Shown here piece after piece: positions 45,535 through 58,671 of a DNA stretch of 64,000 bases. This stretch comes from the human T2T-CHM13v2.0 reference genome, Homo sapiens. Position 1 is the stretch's first letter, and every line of letters starts with the position of its first letter. The stretch lies in NCBI RefSeq assembly GCF_009914755.1, contig NC_060947.1. One strand, given 5' to 3'. The notes below the pieces were generated by a model. It had not been told where the DNA came from and did not search any database. It saw only the letters and a list, made by a program, of their open reading frames with translations. A program made the translations under genes and the position numbers.

Positions 45535-45559
45535 TAGATCTCTGAACTGACTGTAAAGT

Positions 45560-45749
45560 TGTATGTCTCAAACTGTAGTCCTTGGCCTGCCTATAGCAGA
45601 ATGGGGGAAGACGCTGTTAAAGACACAGGTCCTGGCCCCACTCCAGGCTCAAGGAATCAGAATTTCTGGGGATGGAATCAGAAAAATTGATGTTTTAAAC
45701 AGACACCTCCACATGATTCTTAGGCATATCAAAGTATGCAACACCACTG
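45560..45749. mobile_element. MER5A DNA transposon
   Basis: tctcaaact...gaatcagaatttctggggatgg...ttttaaac...tgattct...accactg. Confidence 0.75.
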
Positions 45750-45989
45750 GTGCAGGACTAAGAAAACTATCCTAATCACGATTTTCTTCGCTGTTGTTTT
45801 GACTGCAAGTTACAAACTGTAGCTAACTTAAGCCCCCAGTGAGACTTTCTGAGTAGGCACAGAAATACCTCTCAACTCTTACTTTCTCTATGTGATCTCT
45901 TTATCTTTCCCTGTCTTGCAAACCAACCATCTTTCCTCCATACCACCTTGCAGCCAGCTGTGGCCATGTCACTAAACTGAGAAGTAAGG

Positions 45990-46352
45990 GGAAAGGTCAT
46001 GTGACAAATTTCTGGGAACCTTCCTTCAAAGACAGTTGGCATGTGTCCTTTGCCCCTCTTCCTACCTGTCCTCCATTCTTCTGGCTGGAATGTGGACATG
46101 AAAGCTGGAGCCACAGCACATATTGGGCCAAGGGGCGACCTTGGGAATGGAGCCCAGGCACAGTTGAGTGACAAGACAGTAGGATCTTGTCAGACATACC
46201 TGGACCTCTGAGAACTTGGTGGAACAGAGCCATGATACCAGCCCTAGGCTTTATTCTTCTGGAATTCTGTGTTTGAAAGAAATAAACTATCTTGTAGGCT
46301 GCTGTGACTTTGGGTCTCAGCTACTTGCTGTTGTTTTTGAATTTAATTGGTA
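45990..46352 (+). mobile_element. MLT1J/K-like LTR fragment
   Basis: ctggctggaatgtggacatgaaagctggagc...gaaagaaataaac. Confidence 0.6.
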
Positions 46353-46749
46353 CAATGGCAAATGCCATGAGGGAAAATCCCCAGATGATTTGGTACCTAA
46401 GGCCAAGGGCTGATTTGGAACCACCAGGATCCCCCTACTGCACGGGCCCAGAAAGAGTTGAGGCCAGAAATCCCTCCCAGGCCTAGAAACACACCAGAAG
46501 AAGCCTGCTAGCTGTTTTCAAGCTCTTTCAACCCACAGGGTTGTTGAAGTCGTTAGTGACAGACTATCTGCCTGGTTCCAGGTTCCCCCAGGGAGCTAGA
46601 TAACATCTATCAAAGCCAGCCGGATTCTAAGTTCTCACAGGAGGCTGAGGGCTCCCGGTGGCAGATGCCGAGAGTCTAGCTTCAAATTTAGGTTTGTGCC
46701 GAAGGCCTCAATGGGGCTAAATGTTTATCTAATTATTCTAATATTTGTT

Positions 46750-46950
46750 TATAATAATAGAGGCCTATATACTGGGCAAAGTGCTAAATGCTTAGCACAC
46801 ATGATTGCATTTACTCTCACAAGTGTACGTGGAGAAGGTTCTCTTATTAATAGGGTCAGAGGGGTTATGTAGAATGAGCCCACAGTCTCACAGCTAGCAA
46901 GTGGAGGAGCTGGAACTTGCACCCAGGTTTCATTGATTCCAAAGTCCAGG
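46750..46950 (-). mobile_element. MIR fragment
   Basis: cacagctagcaagtggaggagctggaacttgcacccagg. Confidence 0.7.
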
Positions 46951-47977
46951 GGCGAACATTTCGGTGATTTCTTGTAGAAACTGACTCTCTCCCTCCATCC
47001 GCCTGGAGCCGGCTCCCTGAGCTGACACGTCTCCTTCCCTCAGGGAGCAGAAACCTGGGACACTCCCAAAGATCTGGCAATTTCTACCCTGGCAAGTTCT
47101 TTAGCGAGGCTGCAGATGAAGATGAAAGAGGACGTGCCGGAACAGGCTCTGGCAAGTGGGCAATGCCCCTGAAACGGGTTTGTAAAGGATCACTGGTCCA
47201 GGGCTCAGAGAGTGCTGGAGGTAAAGTGCTGTTGGCCTCAAGCCACAGAAGCCACCTGTGAAAGAAAGCTGGGTGTGTGTTTTGTCAAGCAGAATAGGGA
47301 GTATATATCTAGCCAGGGGTGACTACTCAGGGGCATTTCTCAACCTTGAAGGTGCCCTGCTTTCAAATGAATGAGTACTAATTGCTCATTCTAGAAAGCT
47401 AGGAGCCCCTCTCTCCTCTCACCTTTACCTCACTCTCTACCTAAACTTCTTGACTTGCAAACCACCAGTTAGGAGGTAACAGAAACTACCAGCTGTTAAT
47501 TAATACTAATTAACAGGGCTACTTAAAGTAAATGCTATTTAAAAAGCCAAAAGTGTTTCCCTATTCCCCGGTTAAGTTGGAAAGGTCATGCAGAGGTCAC
47601 TTGGCTGCTCTGATGTGTTCCATTCATTGTCTTTCTTTCCGGACCTTTCTTCCCCTCTGGCCACTGCACTGTCACTCTAATGGGTCTCCTGCCTGTCAGA
47701 GACAGAGACCTTGCTTTTCTTGATGGTCATCAGCCACCTCCTGCACCGTGCCCAGAATAATGTGAGAGCAGGGGATGTTTACGTAAGATGACACAGATAC
47801 ATAAATGAAGCTGGGCTCTCTAGGTCTTGGCAGATCAGAGTCTGCCAGGATGTTTGTGGTATCAGGAAACCCCAGAGTGTCTTCTAAAGGTGGTGTCGGG
47901 GGTCTGGGTCTTACAGCTGGACACTGTCACCTCCAAATCATCCTGTGTCCTTGAGTTTTTGTGCATACAAGTGAGAG

Positions 47978-48372
47978 TGCTGTGGAAGTCAAATCAGGGA
48001 TGTCCACCAAATATTTCTGGCTCTCTGCCTTCCAGGCACATGGCGGAATTGCACTTCCTGGCCCCTTATAATTGAGTGAGGCCATGTGACCAGTCATGAC
48101 CAGTGAGTTACAAGTGGGAAGTGATGTGTTTCACTTCTGGACCAGGACATTTAATTGCTGGAGTGAAGCCCTCCAGAGCTTGCTTCCTTTTGCTGGAACG
48201 GATGGCAATACTCTAAACAGTGGCCCATCAGCCTGTGTCTTGCAGTGAAGGCCAGATAAAGCGCAACACCCAGCCAACTCCAAATGGGTGTATTGTGTGT
48301 GTAAGAAATAAATGTGCTGTGTTAAGTTACTGAGAAGTAGGAGACAATTTACGACTGCAGCATAGCCTAGCA
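47978..48372 (+). mobile_element. MLT1I-like LTR
   Basis: ttgcacttcctggcccc...ggccatgtgac...gaagtgatgtgtttcacttctgg...catttaattgc. Confidence 0.75.
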
Positions 48373-48589
48373 TTTGCCACAGGGGTTCTAAACTCTTGGT
48401 GTTTGGGGCGATTTTCCAATTTGGGAATTCTTTTCAACCCGCTTGAAGGGATTAGAAATCTCATACAACACTAAACAATGACTTGGGCCCAAATCATTCC
48501 CTACTGCAGTTTTTCAGTATCTTTATCATCTTCCGCAGCTATCGGTCTTCAATTCTGTGCACGATTTGCCTTGGTCTTTTTTTCCAAGA

Positions 48590-48851
48590 ACATTTTAAGT
48601 TGAAATACCATAGTTGTACATATTTTGGGGGATACATGAGATATTTTGATACTAGGTGTAATGATCAAATCAGAGTAACCAGGATATCCATCACCTCAAA
48701 CATTTTTCTTTGAGCTGGGAACATTAGAATTTTTCTCTTCTAGCTATTTTGAAATATACAATAAATTATTGTTAACTGTAATTTCCCTACTGTACTATGC
48801 AACCCTAAAACTTATTCTTTCTCTCGAACTCTATTTTTGTACCCTTTAATC
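48590..48851 (-). mobile_element. L1MA-type 3' end
   Basis: gtaatgatcaaatcagagtaacc...tccatcacctcaaacattt...ctagctattttgaaatatacaata. Confidence 0.85.
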
Positions 48852-49191
48852 CAGGGTCCTCAACCCCCAGGCCGAGGAACCGTACTAGTCCATGGCCTGT
48901 TAAGAACCAGACCACACAGCAGGAGGTGAGTGGTGGCTAAGTGAGCATTACCGCCTGAGCTCCACCTCCTGTCAGATCAGCGGTGGCAATACGTTTTCAT
49001 AGGAGCACAAACCCTACTGTGAACTGTGCATGCGAAGGATCTAGGTTGCATACTCCTTATGATAATCTAATGCCTGATGATCTGAGGTGGAACAGTTTCA
49101 TTCCAAAACCATCTCCCCTCGCCCCTGTCCATGGAAAAAAATTGTCTTCTATGAAACCAGTTCCTGGTGCCAAAAAGGTTGGGGACAACTG
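48852..49191. mobile_element. MER1B hAT-Charlie DNA transposon
   Basis: cagggtcctcaacc / ggttggggacaactg TIRs; 8-bp TSD ctttaatc/ctttaacc. Confidence 0.93.
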
Positions 49192-49901
49192 CTTTAACCA
49201 ACTGTTTGATTCCTGTCACCTTCCTTTCTAATGTTCCCCTGGAAGAAGCGTTCACCCATTTCAGAGAATCACGATTCTCTCAGAACTGGCTTGATGGACC
49301 CCTCACCTCTTTCTCATGCTCCCAACATCAGCTCCTGACATGCTTAGAACAATGTTCCATCTCACACGGAGCCAGCAGAATCTCATTCTCCATGGTTACT
49401 CAGTTGTCACGCGGGAACTCACCTCCATGCAGCAGTGGCCTCTGAGTACATGTCCAGACAAGATATCCAAGAGATCACAAGGAGAGAGGCTCTCAGACAA
49501 GATGAAAAGCTTAAATCACCCAGCGTATGAAATCCATTGAAAACACACAGCGAGAAGCAGGAAAGAGAGGTGGGGTGGGGTGGGTTCACACACTTAGGAT
49601 GGGGTACAAGTGGATGGAAGGACAACACTGCCTGAACCGAGGGAGAGTGGAGGTGCTGCATCCACCCACCTTGCCTGCTGAGGGTGCTTCTGAGATCTGT
49701 GCTGAGGTTTGAAGTCCGCAGACGTCTAGAAGGTGCCTGAAGCCAGCAGCGCATACTTGGCTCCATTGAAGATATGCAGAGACAAAGACACTTGGCCACA
49801 GCTGTACTTCTCCAATTAGCCTGAGGAGCAGCCATGCATGGTATTTGCATTTCTTGGGCAGAGGACACATGGCGCTAGAATGAGTGTCACCAATGGGTGG
49901 C

Positions 49902-50045
49902 TGAATATTGAGTGCCTCGTATGCTTCATGTATATTTAGGTTATCATGAATATTTAGTGCCTCAGGTACCTTAAATATATTTAGAGCCTCATGAATATTT
50001 TGTGTCTCTTGTATATTTAGGACCTCATGAATATTAGGACTTTCT
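49902..50045 (-). repeat. Diverged 18-bp minisatellite (minus-strand unit GAGGCNCTAAATATTCAT, about 7 copies)
   Basis: Periodic tgaatatttag units with two 9-bp interruptions. Confidence 0.85.
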
Positions 50046-50144
50046 TGCTCCTTCCATCTCTTTCTATGTTCCATCTCTTTCTATGCTCTTCCTTATCTGT
50101 CTAACATTTCTCCAGGTTACTAACTTACTTATCAGTCACAAAGT
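50016..50144 (+). repeat. Local duplication pair C, copy 1 (partner at 52153-52589, split by an Alu)
   Basis: Shared tttaggacctca.gaatattaggacttt...tgtctaacatttctccaggttactaactt. Confidence 0.92.
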
Positions 50145-50194
50145 TCATCCATCCGACTTATTTTCTTGGCTTCTGTGGCAGAATAGAACATTCT

Positions 50195-50494
50195 GTCTCT
50201 CTCTCCCTTTTCAATTGAGACAGGGTCTCACTCTGTTGCCCAGGCTGCAGTGCAGCAGCATGATGTCAGCTCACTATAGCCTCGAACTCCTGGGCCCAAG
50301 TGATCCTCCCACCTTACCCTCCCGAGTAGCTGGGACTACAGGCATGGACCACCATGCTCAGCTAATTTTTTTATTTTTTGTAGAAACAGGGTCTCCCTAT
50401 GTTGCCCAGGCTGATCTCGAACTCCTGGACTCCGGTGATCCTCCTGCCTCAGCCTCCCAAAGTGCTGGAATTACAGGCGAGAGCCACCGTGCCA
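50195..50494 (-). mobile_element. AluJ
   Basis: Antisense Alu; flanks share agaat(a/g)gaaca. Confidence 0.9.
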
Positions 50495-50659
50495 GAATGG
50501 AACACTGGGCATTCACCGGCCAGAATGGAACATTTTCAAACGCTATAACAAATATACATTACGTCAGCTGCAGCCAAAACTAAACGGCCTGTTCTCGGTC
50601 AGGATTTATCACATGTCTATGAGGGTTCACTGGACCTCAGGTGCCTCAGTCCACTGCTC

Positions 50660-50840
50660 TACACTTTCAGGGGTATCTCATGTAATCTGCATAACTACTC
50701 AGCAAGGTGGGCCTCGTTATCCCAGCTTTACGTATAAGCACACTGAAACAGAGAGGGTTAGAAACTTGCCACAGGTCACACAGCTGATAAGAAGCAGAGC
50801 CAGAATTTGAACTGGGATCTGTTTTATGTTCTCTCCATTA
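50660..50840 (-). mobile_element. MIR fragment
   Basis: cagagagggttagaaacttgccacaggtcacacagctgataagaagcagagccagaatttgaac. Confidence 0.8.
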
Positions 50841-51088
50841 CCTCGTGCTTTTGAGCTTTGGTCTCCACTGGGAGGTGGGTGATGTTCCACATCAGCTTGG
50901 TGCTGCTCATCTTTTTACCTCTGCAGCTTCTGCTCTGGTCCAAGCTGACTAGTACCATTTGCCTGGACTATTATAGTATCCAACTCTGCCTCTCCCACCC
51001 ATGAAGTCAGTCTACACATGGTTTCCAGAGAGGATGCTTAACAACACAAATCTAATTCCATCACACCCTCACTTAAGCCATCCAGTGA

Positions 51089-51404
<316 letters not shown>

Positions 51405-51738
51405 TCCCATTGCTCTTTGAATAAAGATCCAAACTCTCACTAGAGCTTACAACTTCCTACCAGGCCACATGGTCTGTCCGCAGCTGACCACCTCTGTCTC
51501 TCTCTCACCACCATCCCCCTGGCTGTCTTCCAGCTACACACTGATGTTCTATCAGTTCCCAAATATGCTGTGTTACCTCCCATCACATGGTATTTACGGT
51601 ATTTGCACATGCTGTTCTGTCTGTGATGCTTTGCCCTTCCTTCCTCACCTTGTTAATGCCCATTTATCCCATATTTCAGCATTTGTGTTCCTTCTACTTT
51701 TCTGATCCCTCTAGTGTCAGTCGGTTTTCTAGTTTATA

Positions 51739-51793
51739 TTGGGTTGGTGCAAAAGCCATGGCAAAAACCGCAATTACTTTTGCATCAACCTAA
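51739..51793. mobile_element. MADE1 (Hsmar1 MITE) with internal deletion
   Basis: ttgggttggtgcaaaag...atggcaaaaaccgcaattacttttgcatcaacctaa flanked by TA. Confidence 0.9.
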
Positions 51794-52180
51794 TAAATCC
51801 CTTCCTTATAGAACAGCAGTGTCAACCTATAATTATATTTGCATTGGTGAAAATGTTTACTGCTAACCTCTGTACTATACCTGTGGATGCTCTGAGATCA
51901 GGGCTTTTGCTCCCCACTGTATCTACAGTGCCCTCTCCATAAGTATTTATTGTTGTCAATATAGATTCTTTTTCTGAGGCATCACCGGAGCCCCTGCCTC
52001 AGGAACATCTCCAGCTAGTTCCTCTCTCAAAGGCTTGCCTTTCCTGGAATCAAAACTGATGGCCACTTGTGTAGTGTGACCTCAAGTCGTCTCAGAAGTA
52101 CTATTTCTCCTATTATTCTGTGGGAAAATTCCACTGTGACAAAATCGTACCTTTTAGGACCTCACGAATATTAGGACTTT

Positions 52181-52487
52181 TGTTTTTTTTTTTTTTTTTT
52201 TTGAGACGGAGTCTTGCTCTGTTGCTCAGCCTGGAGTGCAGTGGTGTGACCTCGGCTTACTGCAACCTCTGCCTCCTGGATTCAAGCCATTCTCCTGCCT
52301 CAGCCTCCTGAGTAGCTGGGAATACAGGTATGTGCCACCACACCCAGCTAATTTTTGTATTTTTGGTAGTGACAGGGTTTTGCCATGTTGGCCAGGCTGG
52401 TCTCGAACTCCCGGCCTCAGGCGATCCACCCACTTAGGCTTTCCAAAGTGCTGGGATTACAGGCCTGAGCCACCGCGCCGCCCGGCC
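52181..52487 (-). mobile_element. AluS inserted in duplication pair C copy 2
   Basis: TSD aggacttt/aagacttt. Confidence 0.95.
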
Positions 52488-52717
52488 AAGACTTTCTTGC
52501 TTTATCCATCTCTTTCTATGTTCACACACATTCTTCCTTATTTGTCTAACATTTCTCCAGGTTACTAACTTGCTTATCAATGACAAGGTAAAATACAAAT
52601 CTCTCTGGGAAGACTTTCACATGGACCCATAGCTCAGTTAGAATCATATTCCCGTCACATCTATCAAGCACCTACTGTGTGCCAGGGACTGTGCAAGGCA
52701 GTTACCACTGATGTGGC

Positions 52718-53674
52718 ATATTAGTTACCTATTGTTGTGGAACAAATTACCCTGAAACTTAGAGGCTTAAAACAACAAACTATTATCTTCCAGTTTCTGG
52801 GGGTCCGGAATGCAGGTGTGGCCTAGTTGGGTCCTCTGGCTCAGGGTCTCTTGCAAGGCTGTAATCATGACATGGGAGAAGATCCACTTCCCAGCTCACT
52901 CATGCAGTTGCTATCAGCAGGCCTCAGGGCCTCATTGGCTGCTGGCTGGAGACATCGGTTCCATGCTCTGTTAGTCCGTTTTGTGTTGCTATAAAGGAAT
53001 ATCTGAGGCTGGGTAATTTATAAAGAAAAGAGGTTTATTTTGGCTCACAGTTCTGCAGGCTGTACAGGAAGTATGGCTCCAGCATCTGCTCCTGGTGAGG
53101 GTCTCAGGAAGCTTCCAGTCATGGTGGAAGGCGAAAGGGGAGCAGATGCACTCACATGGTGAGAGTGGGAGCAAGGGAGAGAGGAGGGGCGGCCTGGCTG
53201 TTTTAAACAACCAGTTCTCTCATGAACTAACAGAGTGACAACTCACTTATCATGGGGAGGGTACCAAGCCTTTCAGGAAGTATCTATTCCTATGACCCAA
53301 ACACCTCCCACCAGGCCAACCTCCAGCTCTGGGGATCACATTTCAACATGAGATTTGGAAGGAACACACATCTAAATCATATCACTTGCCAGGTGGGCCT
53401 TCCCATAGGGCAGCTCACAAGATGGCGGCTGGCTTCCTTCAGAGCCACTGAGTGACACAGCAAGATAGAGTGGGCAAGATACAAACCAAAACCTCTTATA
53501 GCCTAATTTCAGAAGTGACATCCCATCATTTCTGCCTTACTCTATTTCTTTTCAGCAAAATTGAGTCAATAAGTCCAGCCCACATTCCAGAGGAGGGGAT
53601 TACAAAAGGGCATGAACACCAGGAGGCAGAGATCATGGGGGCCATTGTAGAGGCTGCGTACCACATAGGGATTC
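52718..53674 (-). mobile_element. MLT1 (F/H-like) LTR split by an MST solo LTR (52967-53384)
   Basis: MST core ggctgggtaatttataaagaaaagaggtttatttggctcacag; TSD catgc/cttgc. Confidence 0.85.
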
Positions 53675-54089
53675 TCATTTTATTCTCCCAACAGCTTTGT
53701 AAAGAACTTTTATCTTTATTTCAAAGGGGGAAAAGCTGGTTCAGAGAGGGTAAGTGTGGTGGTTACATTTTACGTGTCAATTTGGCTAAGCTGTGGAGTC
53801 CAATTGTTTGATTGAACACTACTCCAGATGTTGCTGTGAAGGTATCTTACAGATGTGATTAACATCTACAGTCAGTTGATTTTAAGTAAAGGAGATTACC
53901 CTCAATAATCTGCGTGGGCTTCATCCAATCAGTTGAAGACTTTAAGAGCAAAACTGAGGTTTCCCAAAGAAGAAAGAATTCTGCCTTGAGACCGTAACAT
54001 AGAAATCCTGAGTTTCCAGCCTGCTGGCCTGTCCTGTGAATTTCAGGCTCAAAACTGCAACATCAAATCTTGCCTGAGTTTCTAGCCTA

Positions 54090-54505
<416 letters not shown>

Positions 54506-54517
54506 CTATCCATCCAC

Positions 54518-55028
54518 TGAAGGGGTTCAACACACACTATCCCAAGATATAATGCCTTGGCATATAGAATATTTTAGGTTGAAGGAATTTGAGAAATGGC
54601 AGTTGCAGGAAAGACCCTCTCACTCCCCTTTCTCCTCTGAAACAAATTGAAAGATCCTCATGTGAGAGGTGGCCTCTCTAGACCTGGAAGAAAAGATCAT
54701 CCTTATATCTGAAGACAGAGGGACACCAATAGGAATCTGAACTAACAGGCCTTGCTAAGTCTCCCTCAGTTTACTCCACTTAGGGCATACCCCTTGGTCC
54801 TTTCTATCACATTTTTTCACTACTCTCCACTCTTCATCAAACCTAGTATTAAAATGCTGAAGCTTAACTTCATTTCCTCTGAAGGCTCCTGTGTCAGGTG
54901 AAGCTTCCATTAAATAAGTTTGTATGCTTTTCTCTTGTTAATCTGTCTTTTTTTTAGTCTAATTAACAGGGCCGCAGCCAGAGAAACTAGGAGGATGTAG
55001 AGGAAAAGATGTTTTTTCTTCCCCTACA
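54518..55028 (+). mobile_element. MER34-like ERV1 solo LTR
   Basis: tgaaggggttca...cccaagatat...ttggcat...aggccttgctaagt...cttcccctaca. Confidence 0.75.
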
Positions 55029-55209
55029 ATAAACACACACACACTCACACACACACACATATCCTACTAGTTCTGCTTCTCTGTAGAACTCTGACTGATA
55101 CAGAAAGTGTTTTTCCCAAGTCATATAGTTGGTAAGTGGCGAAACAGGGAGGTGGAGAAAGAAGTTGAGAGCATAAAGCAGTCATTCAATCAACAAAGAT
55201 TGATGAGTG

Positions 55210-55742
55210 ATGTGGCAGATTGTGTTTTCCAAAGATGGTCACCACAACATATCCCAATCCACATGCTCTTCTTAGAATGTGACACTGAGAACTTTCCCAT
55301 CAAGAGATGGGGTTTGTGCTTCCTCCCCTTGAATCTGGGTGGGTGTGTGATTACAGCAGAAGTGACACTATTTGATTTCCAAGCCTAGGTCTTAAAAGGT
55401 GACACCACTTTTGCCTACCCCACTTGAGATCTTCACACTTGGAAGTCAGCAGCCACACTGCAAGGCAGCCCAAACTAGCCCATATGGAGAGAGCACCTGG
55501 AAAGGCCACATGTAGGTTTCTAGCTGACAGTCCAGCTGCGGCCCAGCTGACAGCCAGCATCAACCCCCAGACAGGTGAGTGCGCAAGCCTTCAGACGATT
55601 CCAGCACCAGACATTCTGGAGTGGAAACAAGCTGCCCCTGCTATGCCTTGTCCAAATTCATGACACATGGAAACCTTGAAGGATTTTTTAAAAATTGCTA
55701 ACGCTCTAGGCCAGTAAGTTTTCGGGGTGATTTGTTACCAAC
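55210..55742 (+). mobile_element. MLT1H-like LTR
   Basis: tgtggcagattgtgttttccaaagatggtcacc...cccttgaatctggg. Confidence 0.8.
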
Positions 55743-55808
55743 ATCAGGCCTGGTTGGAGGCCCAAGGGATACACTGGTGAGTAAGATGGACATCGTCTAA
55801 TGATGTTT

Positions 55809-56156
55809 TATATTAGTCAGCTAGGACTTTAGCAAAATATGTAGACTGGGTGGCTTAAACAGCAGAAACTTACTTCCCACTGTTCTGGAGGCTGGGAAGT
55901 CCAAGATCAAGGTGCCAGCAGATTTGGTGTCTGGCGAGGGCTGGCTTTCTGATTCATGGATAGTGCCTTCCAGCTGTGTCTTCACGTGGCAGAAAGGGCA
56001 AGGAATCTCTCTGGGGCCTCTTTGATAAGGGCACTCATCCAATTCATGAGAGCTCATGACCTAATCACCTCCCAAAGGCCCTACCTGCTAACACCATCAT
56101 ATTGATAGGCTTTCAACATACCAGTGTTGGAGGAATACAACCATTCAGTTCATGGC
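55809..56156 (-). mobile_element. MLT1A0-like LTR inside an L2 fragment
   Basis: ctggaggctgggaagtccaagatcaaggtgccagcagatt...gacctaatcacctcccaaaggcc. Confidence 0.85.
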
Positions 56157-56494
56157 AAGTTTACATTCCAAACAGGGGAGACCATTCATAATCACATAAC
56201 CAAACAAGGGGAAAATAAAACAGAGTGATGTGTTTCGGAGGTACCGTATGAACTTGGTTGGTCAGGGAAGGCCCCTCTGAGGTGGTGCTATTTGAGTTAA
56301 GATGTGAATGATGGGAAGAGGCAGAGGAGCAAAGAGCAGGGGAAAGGGAATCTCAGCAGAAGGTACAGCAAGCTCAAGGCTCTGCCCAAGGACAGACTTG
56401 GACAGGGGTCTCTGAAGGATGGCAGCAGCTGGAAGGTAGCAAAGACTTCCAAGGGGTCTGGTGGAGGTGGCCCCATGGCCTGAGGCAGGGATAG

Positions 56495-57073
<579 letters not shown>

Positions 57074-57954
57074 AGGAAACTTCATTTATTGATAATGAAG
57101 TGCCAGGACCTTTTGCTTGCCCCATCATAGCTAACCTGTCGAGGGTCGGTGGAGGGTGGGGGACATGGGTCAAATCCAGTGCTCCAGGCAAGTCGGCCCT
57201 GGGAGGGGTCAGCAGAAGCTGCCTCAGAGTTGGTCCAGCCCTGCCCAAAGCCTGCCTTGGGCCCAGCTGGCCTCCACTCCTGGCCAGGAAAAGGGAGGGA
57301 GGGAAGGAGGGGAGGCGGGCCTCCCATGCATATCAATGGGCCCTTTCTCCTTTCAATAAGCTCAGCAGAGTCCCGGCCTTTGTCTGGGCCCCTACTCCCA
57401 GGGCAGATCTCATAAAGGGCCTCAAACTGCTGGCAGGGGCTAAGGACAGGGTAGTGTGAGTTGTCCTCACAATGGCAGGGTGAGGAGGTTAAAGCCCGGC
57501 ATCAGCTGCCCAGAATCTCATCCCTGAGGCTTTTCCTGCTTTTGTTATTCCTGATCATAGGCCTGATATGTGATTTGATTTGGGCCTCTTTGCAGTTAAT
57601 TGAAGAAGAAATTCAGGTGGAGGATGGCTAGGCTGGATTTGGCCAAGGTTACAATGTAGTAGTGAGCCCGGAGTGGTGTGGGAGAAGTAGGGCCAAAACA
57701 AGGGAGGTGTGCAGTCTCTGGGCTTTCAGACTCCCAGAATTATGGGCTCCATGGAGCTCCTCAATGTGTATTTTAGATCCCCACTATTTGGGGCAAGAGA
57801 CAAACTGCTCATCTTGTAGACAACTCTTGTATGGCAGGTCTGATAGGGTTTTGAGGGAATGATCTTGCCATGCAATGACACTGCTGGGGGACTGAGGAGC
57901 CTTCACTCCTAGACTCTCCAGGAATTGTGCATTAATGCTCCAAAACTGCGTATC

Positions 57955-58325
57955 CCCCAAAACAGGAGGAGGGTAGATAAATTGCAGTGTAATCACACAA
58001 TGGAATACTACACAGCAATAAAAAGAACAAACCACTGAAACCTCTGTAACAGAAATGAATCTTATGGACATCAGGTTGAGTGAAAGAAGCCAGACACAAA
58101 AGAGTAACTATTGGATTCCATTTGTATGAAGTTCAAGAACAGGTGATGCCAATCAATTATGCTGAAGGTCAGAATGTGGCTGCTTATGGGGGCATGACTA
58201 GGAGGGGGCACAGGGGAACCTTCTGGGGTAGGTGCTCAAGTTATTCTGTATCTCCATCTGGTTGATGGTTACACACATCTATACATATGCACAAATTCAT
58301 CTAGCTGTACATTTCAGATCTGTGT
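57955..58325 (+). mobile_element. L1MB/ME 3' end
   Basis: cacacaatggaatactacacagcaataaaaagaac...gagtgaaagaagccagacacaaaagag. Confidence 0.85.
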
Positions 58326-58671
58326 GCTCCACTCCCGGCATGGTGACATGCCCTTAGAGTCTCAGCTACTTGGGAGGCTGAGCTGGGAGGATCATGTGAG
58401 CCCAGGGGTTGTTAGTCCAACCTGGGCAAATCCCCATTTTAAAAGAGAGAGAGAGAGAATGAAAAGAAAAAATGACCCATCCAGGGAGAACTCTGTTTAT
58501 GTAGGGGCTGTTCAGGGAGCCAGATTCCAGCTGTACTAATTGAGGAGTTCAAGCCGCATTCTCAAAACGAGTCTTTTGCTGACACCTGTCCCTCAATTCC
58601 TTTGTCCTGCACAGAGCGTTCAGGCAGGAACTGCCATTGACCACAGAAGCCAGAAAGCCCTCGGACCAATT

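Noticed and set aside
49902-50045. Minisatellite as a CRISPR-like array
   Set aside because: Units are contiguous with no unique spacers, there are no cas genes, and the context is eukaryotic.
50083-50583. 166-aa ORF and similar ORFs containing LTLLPRL.CS or [12 protein letters not shown]
   Set aside because: Antisense Alu translation; the same applies to ORFs at 14909, 24142, 25202, 38657, 52236 and 54087.
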